DNA from: Aplysia californica
Taxonomy: Eukaryota
Direction of reading: 5' to 3'
Length of the DNA stretch: 63,838 nucleotides
NCBI RefSeq assembly: GCF_000002075.1
Contig: NW_004797281.1
Span: 365,845 to 429,682, forward strand
The translations under genes were made by a program, and so were the position numbers. The notes under the pieces were generated by a model. The model was given only the letters and a program-made list of their open reading frames with translations, did not search any database and was not told the DNA's origin. This document shows positions 25,260 through 36,701 of this stretch, piece after piece; the first letter of the stretch is position 1, and each line of letters begins with the position of its first letter.

Positions 25260-25954
25260 ACAAAAGATCACGAGACTTTCTTGAGCTATACAACTCGTTC
25301 TGTTGTCTGCTTTTATTCCACCATTTTGGCAAATAACAAGTCATGTGATACAGACAAGGGGCATAACGCTAAAGAAATTATGGAGAGCCTTTTCTGTCGG
25401 ATTGCCGACCTTCACAAGGAAGCTTCGGGGTTTTTAGTTTTTAGTCTTTAGTTTTTTTTACCATTGAAAAAGCAACTGACGAATAGTCTGTTCAATACTG
25501 CTCACTACTCATGTAATGCCACGGTCTACTTCATTGACAATTAAAATAAATTGTGATAAAAGCTTGGCTCGGAAGGAAAAGAATAAACATTAAATGGGTT
25601 AAGTAGCCACTGATACATTATTGTACTTTAAATAGGCCTATATACTACTAGATTCTATATAGTTTACTTTTCCCTCTTCCAATTTGACAAAAAGCGCCTT
25701 TATGTTGCAAACATAGTGGGGTGGGTTTAGCTACACACTGGGCCAACGACGCGCGTCGGTGGATTGAGGCCAAGCTCCGTGCCCCGCGCCATCCATCTCT
25801 TGACCAGAGGCAGGGGTCTCTTCTCGCAATGACAAGGCTATGAGTGCAAGAAGGTAACCCATTGTTAGTGTGGCTTAGTTTTACACTTTCAACATTATTC
25901 TAGCTTCGATTTCAGTCTCTTTTTGACTTGGTATAAATTCACGGAGTTGAAGTG
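25260..25954. promoter_or_regulatory. Probable GDAP2 non-coding first exon plus bidirectional promoter shared with the MADF gene
   Basis: The GDAP2 ATG exon begins at an acceptor, so an upstream exon is required. There is a minus-strand GTAAGG donor at 25259, a YY1-like CAAAATGG near 25325, and more CpG than in the neighbouring introns. The MADF ATG is about 0.6 kb away on the other strand. Confidence 0.5.
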
Positions 25955-26359
25955 ATGGGCTCGTGGTCAAAAGAAAGAACGTTGGAATTCATCAAATTGT
26001 ATAGATATCACAGATGTCTCTGGGATGTAAAAAGCAGAGATTACTCGAATAAAATCAAGAGGGAGAGAGCGTATGATGAGATGGTAGCATTTGTCAAATC
26101 GTTTTACCCCGATGCAAACAAGGACACTGTTGTTTGTAAAATCAGCAACCTTCGTAGCTCTTGGAGAAAAGAGCGAAAAAAGATCCTTTCTTCCCAGGTC
26201 TCTGGGGCGGGCTCTGAGGAGGAACATGTGCACACTCCAAGTCTGTTTTATTTCGACAGCCTGAAATTCATCGCTGACGCACAGTTTGCAAGAAAACGGG
26301 GAGAAAGCAGTAGACATGATGGTTTTAACAATACAAGCACGGCTCAGGAATCTGACAAG
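25955..26359 (+). CDS. MADF gene exon 1 (MADF DNA-binding domain)
   Basis: ORF-track protein 25952..26365; ATG at 25955, donor at 26360. Confidence 0.88.
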
Positions 26360-27782
26360 GTATAAAAAAAACCCTGTAAAAAAATAAACCAAAACCCAAA
26401 TACATGTACCCTTCCATCCTCAACTTCACGAGTAGCCACATACATAGTCTTTCTTTCTTCGTTGTTTCTTTCTATAGACTATACATCAAGTCTTCCTTTC
26501 ATATACCTGGCTTTCACTTTTCTTTATAACACCACCTTTCATTTCAAGTTTCTTTTCTATCTTTCTTTATTTCCTTTTTTCTTTTCGGAACTTTTAGCTT
26601 TCTCTCCCGAACATATGTTAAAGATACAAAACAGTGGTTTCATGCGATCTATCTCTAATTATCGTGAGGGATCACGAAGTCACAAACCACAGTAAATTCC
26701 CTTTGCTATGGAACGCTAGTTTTTGTTTGTCTGTATTGTGCTTGTTTGCTTGTTTAGGGGATTGCGCGGAGAAGGTCTCAAGTGAGGAGTGACTGAGCCC
26801 AGAGTTTCAGGAGGAGGGAGAAAATTTCAACTACTAAATATTTTTATAATAAAGTCCTTTAGAAACAAACAGGTCACATTGAAGGATAGAATCTGGATCG
26901 AGCTTCACTTTTAGCCCAATCAGGAAAGGAAGGGAGGTCTGTGTAAAAAAAATTCTTTATGAACAGGAGGAGTAAGAACAAGAAAAAAATATTTTTTCAG
27001 AGTGAAAATTGGGAATAGGGGTGAACTTATTTTATTATAATTGAAGTTTTATATGCCCCCATTGACACTGTTAAGTGTTTAGATAATTTCGGAAGCGGGT
27101 TGCTTTGACTCTATCTGCCAGGGCCAACCTGTCCTTGGTTGGAGGGATACAACGTCCTGTGGAAAGACAGATATTTGCGATAATAATTCTCCTTTTTCAG
27201 GATGGTAGCCACACAAAACAAATGATTGGATGAGAGGAAGAGAGAGAGAGAGAGAGAGAGANNNNNNNNNNNNNNNNNNNNNNNNNNNNNNNNNNNNNNN
27301 NNNNNNNNNNNNNNNNNNNNNNNNNNNNNNNNNNNNNNNNNNNNNNNNNNNNNNNNNNNNNNNNNNNNNNNNNNNNNNNNNNNNNNNNNNNNNNNNNNNN
27401 NNNNNNNNNNNNNNNNNNNNNNNNNNNNNNNNNNNNNNNNNNNNNNNNNNNNNNNNNNNNNNNNNNNNNNNNNNNNNNNNNNNNNNNNNNNNNNNNNNNN
27501 NNNNNNNNNNNNNNNNNNNNNNNNNNNNNNNNNNNNNNNNNNNNNNNNNNNNNNNNNNNNNNNNNNNNNNNNNNNNNNNNNNNNNNNNNNNNNNNNNNNN
27601 NNNNNNNNNNNNNNNNNNNNNNNNNNNNNNNNNNNNNNNNNNNNNNNNNNNNNNNNNNNNNNNNNNNNNNNNNNNNNNNNNNNNNNNNNNNNNNNNNNNN
27701 NNNNNNNNNNNNNNNNNNNNNNNNNNNNNNNNNNNNNNNNNNNNNNNNNNNNNNNNNNNNNNNNNNNNNNNNNNNNNNNNNN

Positions 27783-27827
<45 letters not shown>

Positions 27828-28544
27828 CCTGAGCCAGATAGTTGAGAATTTGCAGTTTATTATTTAGTACAGTGTATCCCATCGATTGCTCCTGTTGTGG
27901 AATTTGGGATAAATTTGCCAATGTGCTCCAGAACTTTTTACCATGGATTTTCTTTTTTTTTTTTCTTTTTGTCTGGTAACTGAAATACAAACAATTACGT
28001 GTGTTGTTTCATGCAGGAATTATTAACATTTAACAAGTGAGAAAGCCAATGATACATTACATATACTGTACATAACTTAACTTGTAACTCTTGTTTCTTT
28101 CATCAGGATGTCGATTCGAAAGAACACATTCTTTGTTCCCAAGGTTGTGATATAGACATGACTGATGATGACGAATGTTCCGACACTGACAGATCTACGC
28201 CCTCTGTGACTACAGCAGGAGCCCCCACAATACCTGTGTCTTGGAGACTGCAAAGGAACAAAGAGGAGCCTGTGGCCAAAAGGAAGAAGACATGTCAGAA
28301 GGACGAAATCCTTAGGAAAGTGTGTCAAAACTTGAATTCTCTGAGCTCCGAATCTCTCAGAAAGGATGAATTTGACTGTTTTGGACAAACGGTGGCCTAT
28401 GGTCTTCGCAACATGTCAAAGGAACAAGCAATTCATGCAAAAAAACGTATCTCCGATGTGCTCTATGAGGGGCAGTTGGGTACTCTCTCCACGGTCTTCA
28501 GTGTCTTCCCCACTACAGAGAAGTGTAATAACAGCAGTGCATGA
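25955..28544 (+). CDS. MADF (Myb/SANT-like, Adf-1 type) domain protein with C-terminal BESS-like motif, 2 exons, 280 aa; Harbinger-associated type
   Basis: join(25955-26359, 28107-28544); phase-0 intron AAG|GTATAA...catcag|GAT. MADF signature WSKERTLEFIKLYRYHRCLWDVKSRDYSNK..R..AY...KISNLRSSWRKE..K...SGAG....P.LFYFDSL.F; C-terminal DEFDCFGQTVAYGLRNM....AKKRISDVLYE. An extra exon inside the 27.26-27.78 kb gap cannot be excluded. Confidence 0.85.
28107..28544 (+). CDS. MADF gene exon 2 (acidic linker, basic KRKK NLS-like stretch, BESS-like motif)
   Basis: polypyrimidine tract + cag at 28104-06, in frame with ORF 28158..28544. Confidence 0.82.
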   Translation, partial: DVDSKEHILCSQGCDIDMTDDDECSDTDRSTPSVTTAGAPTIPVSWRLQRNKEEPVAKRKKTCQKDEILRKVCQNLNSLSSESLRKDEFDCFGQTVAYGLRNMSKEQAIHAKKRISDVLYEGQLGTLSTVFSVFPTTEKCNNSSA

Positions 28545-29358
28545 AAACACCTGCAGGCTACAAACTCACATCCCGAATCAGAAGTACAGTACCGACATCT
28601 GTGATGTAATTGTCAGGCTCTTTGCCATGCATGCAGAAGACACGAGTTTGATTCCCAAGCAAGTATCCTTGTCTATCAGCCGGAATGGATGTAATCGTAT
28701 GTTTTAAATACAAAGAATACGTACATTTGTACGGCAATAATGTCAATAGCACAGGGGAAGAAATAGCCCAACTGTTGCTAGATTGATAACAACAACAACA
28801 CAACGACATAGTTGACTTGGGTCAGGTCCTGGCCTCCCTTGTTCTTTTATAGAATGTTTGAGCTTTTCTATGGTGTAAATCACGTTAAATTTTCAGCTCA
28901 TCATGAAGACTTTTTGTGCAGACATTTGAGAGAAAATCAAAAGCTCTGTCTCTGGTGATGTATTCATAAATTATTTTTATAGTATCCTTAGTGTTGTCGA
29001 TCTAAATACAGTCTAGAATGTGCTTAATTCTTAAAAATTGGCTGTGTGATGAAATCTTTTTGTTTGTATGGATTTCGCTACTACACATCTTGTACGCTCG
29101 TACTCGTACATACAGAATACACACAATTACATGTGACATACATGTATGTATATTCTTTGAATAAGAAAATATTAATTTATGACCTAAAAATCTGTTTGCT
29201 TTGTCTGTGTTTCGCTACATGTGCATGATCGCTATGACTGTGTTTCGCTGAGTGTGCATTTTCGCTATGTGCGTGCTAGGCTGCATTAAATAAGTTATCT
29301 TCACCAAATGACTTTGAAAGATCTGCAACTGTCCCTTTTATGCAGTGTCTTGTCTTGC

Positions 29359-29361
<3 letters not shown>

Positions 29362-29425
<64 letters not shown>
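29362..29425. repeat. (TA)n microsatellite
   Basis: direct. Confidence 0.95.
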
Positions 29426-29427
<2 letters not shown>

Positions 29428-32400
29428 GTCTGTACTATCATTCTCCTGCACTCTATCTAAACTATTCTACGTGCCTCATGAAAGATTAGACTATCAGCTA
29501 GGAATGTAACTTTTCCATTGGATGCTCTGATAAAAATACATGTATGCGTGGTTATCAGTACGTAATCATGTTCCTCTGATAGCGTGTTAGTGTTACTTAC
29601 AGAAATCATCACCTACAGGGCCAATATGGTGTGATAATGTGGTCACTATCAGACCACTTGCACTTTTATTTTTGACTTTCCTTAGTCGCCCTACATTTGG
29701 ATGGTTTAGTGGCTTACTTTGATATATTATGTAGGCCCTAACTGTCACAGTTACATGTTTAAAGTGCCCCAGTAAGAATGATAAGAAGAAATAAGATATA
29801 TTTCATTGATATTTGCAATGAATGAGAAATTTGCTGCGGAGGGGTAAAAATGCACACATACACACACTCGTCGACACACTCTCACTCTTCTTTTCTCTCT
29901 CTCTATCTCACACACACTTACACACACGCACGCATGCACTACCGCACGCACACACACTAATGCACACACACACACACACACATAAAGATGCACTCATACA
30001 TACAGAAACAATTCTTGACCAAATATCCACAAGAGTAGCACTAAGAAGACAAAAGTGATTAGTGTACAAAATGTAGTACTGTACATGGGGTTATTAATTC
30101 TGTGGTTAAGCAATGCCAGTGACACAGTTTAAAGATGGGTAATAATCATATATTATTTGGGGTATTTAAACTTTTTTTTACAGGTTGCACTCCTTACAAA
30201 TTGATGTCCGATCAGAAAGACTAATGTTTTCTGCAGTTTGAGAATTTAAAATTAAAAAAAGTATTGTGTAAGTATTCAGAACTGTTCCAGAAGGGATTGC
30301 TTGATTAATTTGTGAATAGTGATATTTATTCTTCCATTTCCTCCATGAAATTCAAAGGGTTTATAAAATGTGTGCCAGTGTGTGTATGTTATATGTGTAT
30401 GTGTGTGTATGTGTATGTGTGTGTGGGTGTGTGAGTGAGTGTGTGAGAGAGAGAGGGAGAGAGAGAGAGAGAGAATACATGTAGCCTATAATAAAAAAAA
30501 AAAAATGCTATGTGTATGACTCTGAGTGATTTCCCTCTGGAGTATGTTGAAAACTTTTTGTGCATAAACTGTTTTGTAACTCCGTAGAGTGGTGTCTGCC
30601 TAAACTGAACATGGTTAATCTGAAAGAGCGGTTAACCATAAGAAAACAAAATCCCTTATTTTTTTTTCTTCCATTTGAGCAGCCTCCCTAAACTGAAAAA
30701 ATTATGGTGGACCCATGAATTTCGGTTTAAGTGGACTGTATATCTCAACACTCAGGTCATCCGTTGTTCAGAGCTACGAAAAGCCTATGGATTCTGTGGT
30801 CTCTTAAATTGCTTAGTCCCAAGAGCTACAGGCGCTGGTTCAAATCTCTGTACCTCGTACAAGCAATGACCATCATCAGTTTGTTTTTTTAGTTTCTTAA
30901 TGAATGTCTGGTTTGTTTTGTTAAGGTTTTGTTTTTTGTTGTTTTCCAGATTTTTAAAGATGTAAAATTAAATAAAAATTAAAGAGAATGTTTTTTAAAT
31001 TTCTAATTATTCCTATCCTCTTTGTTCATGTCAGCAACTTCTTGTTGGTGATGGTATTTGTAGCTGAAGAAGCAGTACGCGTTGTAATTATTAGTTGCAG
31101 TAGATAGTGGTAGTATGAACAGCAATACATATATAGTTTAGTAGTGGCACAGTTGTATGACCTTATTGTGTTGCAAGTGGTGTAAAACACTTACTAAAAA
31201 AACCTAAAACAAAGCATTGTAGTTGTAGCAGTAATACATGTTCAGTTTAGTTTTTGTAAGGTTTTACAGTGCTCGCAACTGTATATGGTCAAATGAGCCC
31301 CAGGGGGTGGATGTCACCAGAGAAGTCCAAACGGGGAATCAGGCTTACTCTGCTCACCTCTCTAGCCTCAACAGCACAAAGTCTGCTTTTACAAAAGTAG
31401 AGGAAAAATGATGATAGCAAGGATGATGAAAAAAAGCAGCTGGTCCCCCTTTGTTGTTCCGGCACAATACAGTATGAGCATGGCATTGATAAATCAGCCC
31501 ATTTACAATTCTACTGAGCAAAAGAACTTGTTAATATCCCCCCCCCCCCCCTTTGACCTAAAGACACTTCCGTCGGTAGCACTGCCCTGTTTGGAGGGGG
31601 GTATCTGGGTTCTTGGAGAAACTGTTTTGTTGAGTACAGTGGTGTACACTGAAGTCTATTTCAACTAAACACGGTTAATCTGAAAACAGCAGTGAACTGA
31701 AAGAAAATATATAATTCTTTTTTTTCCCCTCTTCTATTTGAGCAACCTCTCTAAACAGAAAACCAGACTAAACCCAAGAAAAATCAAGTGGTCTGGCAAA
31801 TTTCCAGTAAAGCGAGCTTTGACACTTTGACGATGTAACTATTGTAATCAAGTCAGCTAAGGTGGCCCTGATACTACTGATAGGCAGAGGCAAAACCCTG
31901 TTACATGCAGAAGGCATGAGTTCCATTCCTCATTGAGGAAGTCATTTTATCAAGTTGCGTTTACATAGGTTAACTCCATTTGGATGCTGGTGTGCTGTAT
32001 CCCACCTAAACACCCAAGAGGCCCTGACCAGTGAGTGACTGTGACAGGTACGGGCACAGCTCAATCTCACTTACCAGTGTCTCTTGCTAACTACCTGTCT
32101 CATTGAGTTAGATCTAACTCTCCACTTTAAAAAAATAAAGTAAACAAACCACACTCAAATAAGTTTAAGCAAACAAGTTCTCATGTCTGTCCAGCCACAT
32201 ATAAACAAATAAATATTTATTGGCCTCACGAATATATACCTATACTAGCTCACAAAGTCATAAGTCCATACAGACAATACAATACAGAAACTACAACAAA
32301 AGAGAAACCTGTGAAGACATTGCAATCATACAATCTATCAGTTGTCATAGGAAAAACCCCAAGGCTAGTTCTGTAGAAAAGGAAAAGAATAAGGCCACCT

Positions 32401-34454
32401 CATTATGATAACAAGTGAGTACCAGTACATGCAAACTCTAAATTCCAAAATGAATCAGAAAACGTAACAAAAAGAACCAAAAAGGCATTAAATGAATCAT
32501 AATATTAATAGTAAAACACCCCAAAAATCCAACGATTTGATCAGAATGCATGGCACAAAGTTCCAGATCAATTTAGATAACAACTCATAAAATTAGAAAA
32601 TTAAAGTGTTATTAAGAAGAAAAAAAGTAAGTTCATGAAAAAAGTATAGACATATTTACCAGCAATGGTCATGATTGTAAGATGACAGAGAACAGCAGAG
32701 ATTTATAATAATTTAGCCCATGCATTAAACATAAAAGGGAGCACCGAATTAAAGTTGGAAAAAAAAAATTGCTCCTCAGCTAAATGCCAAGTGTATTTTT
32801 TTCAGCAACTGAGTAAGGCTTGAACACACATTCATTTAGGAATTTCTCAAACACTATTTTCACAGTATGGACTGGACAAAAGAAGAAAAAAATACACAAA
32901 AAAATTAAAGAAGAAAAAAACAACAACATTTCTTCTGAACCAGCAACCAAACCAATACAGTTCTTGACTTAACAGGAACTACATTTCAAAAATTGAAATG
33001 AGATCAACCGTATCGACTGAGTCAACTGTACATGATCTAAGTTATTGAAAAGACAGAGAAACCATAAATACTCAGATTCTTCCCACATGATTTTTGTCAT
33101 AGGGCTGAATTTTAGATATTCCAAGACCCAATAAAGACAATACAGTTGACTCCGCTTACTCGCTCGAGCTGATCTTCGGTAAAGTTGATCTTTTTATTGG
33201 GTTCCAGCACCTCTTCTTCTTAACAGGTCCCAACAGATAATAGGTTGAATTTTAGAGGAGTTGATCTTTTTTTCACTCCCCGGACATCAACTCATCCTTA
33301 GTCGACTGAACATCAAGGTGATACTTTTGCTATAGTTTGCCATTTTGAAGAAAAAAAAATGTTTATTGCTGTTGAACACATAAGAACTATTAAATTGCAC
33401 TACAATCAAAGGATGACAATTAAATAAATAACCAAAGACAGAGCTCTCCTTCAATAACTCAGCAGTTTGTGTCTGTTCCCATAAAACACAAAGCAATAAT
33501 TATTTTTATCCAATAACACCCTAGCGAAGAAGAGTAGAGCTTAACGAATGATACAACGCTTCAACAACTAATTAATCACATTCCTAATGTCCTCAGTGTC
33601 CTTTCTACATCCATCCATAAGTTTTTGAAAAGAATAATATAGTTGAAATTAGACCCCAAAAGGGCATAAAAAATACCCCAGAGTTTGGGGTGATTAGAAA
33701 ACATAAATGTTGTGTCAATAAAGATATATCATTATATATTTTATAGAGAGATTTCACGGACTCACGACAAATTCATAACAAAAGGCAATGAAAAACAAAA
33801 ACAAGAAGTCTTCAAGAATTTCATGGCATTTGCAACACAGTACGGTTGAGCCTGCTCTAATGGCTGCTTGTACAAGACAATCACCTGTACAAATGGCCAC
33901 TTTCTATTTTCCCCTGCATTTTTTTAAAACATTATTTATTGAAACATTTGACATTGTGCAAGTCATCCATCTGTTTAAGATGGCCACTTTTCGGGAAAAA
34001 AAAATTTGGTGACTGTCTTAGACAATTTCAACTGTAGTTTGGAATAGGTCGTATAACTTAATGACTAATATAAGTACCAAATAAGAGGTGTTATGAAAGA
34101 CTAACGTACAAAGAAAACAAGAAAGAGAAGTACGGACAATAGATTATGTATGATGGGAAAAAAGGAGCACACCTCACCACAGCGCTAGCTAATAACAGAC
34201 AACAATAGCATCACCGGCACCAACAAATTGCTTATAACAATGAATAAATAAATTCAAATTTTATTAAAAAACAACAACAGACAAAAAACAAAAATCCGCT
34301 CTCAACTAAACCAATTGGTAATTGTAAACTACCAAAATTGCTAGCATATAAATTTAAGTATTACTAGCAAAAACCCAACAAAGAGTTGTGTCAGTAATAA
34401 CACCAATAAGAAGAGCATGGTCACATTAACAAAAACAACAACTGTTCTATGATG

Positions 34455-34457
34455 ATG

Positions 34458-34516
<59 letters not shown>

Positions 34517-35040
34517 GATCATTTCTATAGGATCTGTGATGGCTCTAGGCACTTCACAATAAAATTTTTAAAAAATAATTCAACAGCTAATATAATTACT
34601 CATTTCCTGTATACTGGCTCATTCAACAAACAACAATTATTTCAAATACATCCACCAGTAAACTGACAAAAGAGCACTCACACTTGCAGTTGAAAGAAGA
34701 ATCAACCCTCAGTATTAAAATAGGATTTCGATAAATAAAACTGTGTTTTTAGATCAGTTTTAAATGTGTCCAAAGTAGTCTCCGCTCTAAAATATGCAAT
34801 GGGACGGAAATCTACAATAATGGAGCAGTTGTCAAGATGTTCAATTCTACAAATTTTACAAAGCACAGCCTTAAGTTGTCTTTTACTTTAATAAAGCGTA
34901 AATTTCGAGAAGGAGTATAGTCTACTCCTGTAGCAAATGGGAAAGATATTGTGGAGCCAGATCGTTTAAAAACTTTAGCACATTATTGCAACTCTACTAT
35001 AATCAATATGATTTTTTACAGGGAGCTGTAAAAGCAATAC
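34455..35040 (-). mobile_element. Decayed L2/CR1-group LINE 3' end with (TTA)n tail
   Basis: Minus-strand remnants LAPQYLSHLL..YTPSRNLR and TLDTFKTDLKT, followed by a microsatellite tail. Confidence 0.65.
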
Positions 35041-35302
35041 TGTTGTGTGTTCTAGTGTTAGAAGCCTTTTGAGTTCTTAGTTCTGGAGTCTTTCCACTTT
35101 ATTCATTAGTTCTCTCAGTATGGTTATGAGGATTGAGTTGCAATAGTCAATGTTGTATGAGATAATACAAATGATGACATCAGTGTCTTAAGAGATGTTT
35201 GGCTAAAAAAGGTGCCATTTGTGCAATTTTTTCAGATCTCTAAAAATATGCAATCTTACCACAATTTTGGACTTGGTGGTTCATGGACAATTTGTTGTCA
35301 AA

Positions 35303-36083
35303 TCAGTTGAACCTGCCATGACAGCCACCTGTAAGTGTAAAATACGGCCACCTGCACAAACAGCCACTTTCCATTTCTCCCCTTGCGTTTTTTCCATATA
35401 ATTTTAACTGTGTAAAACGAGAACCTGTCCAGCGTTGCCGTGGCCACCCTATTTTATCAACCCACAGGCAAATTTACCTGTCTGAGACAGCCAGGCTTTG
35501 TAAAAAATTATGCATTTTCTATTGACACTGTGGAAAAGCTGTCATAATTCATTCACCCGTCGTTATTGTCAGTTCCTCCAATGGATGAGAGGGTCATGCT
35601 GCTTAGGCCGTTCTCAATGTTTACCCAAGTTGACCAATGGGTAACAATAAATTTTCAGCTGCTGGTAAAGGAAGTGTGTGATCCGTCATAACCTATAAGC
35701 CCCGTCCACAACTCAGTCTGTAATCCCACCCAGTCCATAACAATTGAAGTCAAAACAAACTCTTGACAGACGTGTTGCTCGTTCGCCAAGTGGTGGCACT
35801 TGGCCTTTCTTGTCTGACACGGTTTTTGTTTTATATTGACCTTTCACAGAACCATAATTTAAAAAATAATAATAAAAGTCCCAACAAAAAAAACAAAAAC
35901 AACCCAAGAACATTTTAATGAGCCTTTCGGCAGCACTCAGCTGCGACCACCTCCAGCTGGGACCTCAGAGGTAAATGCTTTGTTTTTTTCCTTTTGGTCA
36001 ATCCTGTGTATGACAGCCACCTGTCTTATACGGCCACTTTTCTCTTTGACAATGTGTGGCCGTCTTACACAGGACTGACGGTA
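35303..36083. mobile_element. Tigger/pogo-like MITE; shorter relatives at ~6318-6480, 33841-34037, 41716-41900, 31635-31825
   Basis: CAGTTGAACCTG-type ends and gccacctgt sub-repeats. Confidence 0.6.
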
Positions 36084-36602
36084 TTGAGATTTGAGTTTAA
36101 GTAAAGAGAAGCACATACTTGATGGGATCATACATTGCAGGGAAGAAGAAAGACAGAAACAATGGAGGTACGGTAAAGAAAAATAGTAGGACCTACCAGT
36201 GGTGCCTTCCAACACAGTCAAATATATAACTCCTAAATTTTTGGTCTGTGCTTGAACCCTCTAGAACCTGAAATTAGTTTTGGTTATAGCGATTTTTTTT
36301 TTTTAAACATAAAATTTGAAATGGTACATGGAAATATATCAAACAGATCGATCTTGCTCTTGTTTTTAACAGATTTGCAAGGGATCTGTTTTTAGACAGC
36401 AAAGTCTTGTCCAATACAGAACACACTGAATTATGGTCCATCAATGTTTAACTATTTTCACATCTTAATTCATTTAAAGTGCCAGATATAGCACACTTGA
36501 TCCTGGAGGGTTATAAACTGCCTTCCGGCAACAAGATGACTACTCCCACCACATTACGTCTCCACAGAAAGGATCTATGACTAGAAGAAGCTAGGGGTCC
36601 AG

Positions 36603-36701
36603 CTAGGCGCAGCGTATTCCCTTGGCGTTCTGCTTGAGGGCAGACACCGCGGCAAAGGCTCCCCCCTGACCGCTGCCGTCCTTGGCTAGAATCAAGGTCA
36701 C
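36603..36701 (-). CDS. Hexokinase last exon (VTLILAKDGSGQGGAFAA...IRCA*)
   Basis: connect-2 motif; TAG at 36603-05. Confidence 0.92.
   Translation of the reverse strand: MTLILAKDGSGQGGAFAAVSALKQNAKGIRCA

Noticed and set aside
27083-27205. Possible middle exon of the MADF gene (tttag|ATAATTTCG...)
   Set aside because: The nearest donor gives phase 2, which is incompatible with the phase-0 downstream exon; reading on hits TAG.
36603-36620. Hexokinase C-terminal IRCA as a prenylation or peroxisomal signal
   Set aside because: Cys is at -2 rather than -4, so it is not CaaX, and RCA is not a PTS1 consensus.
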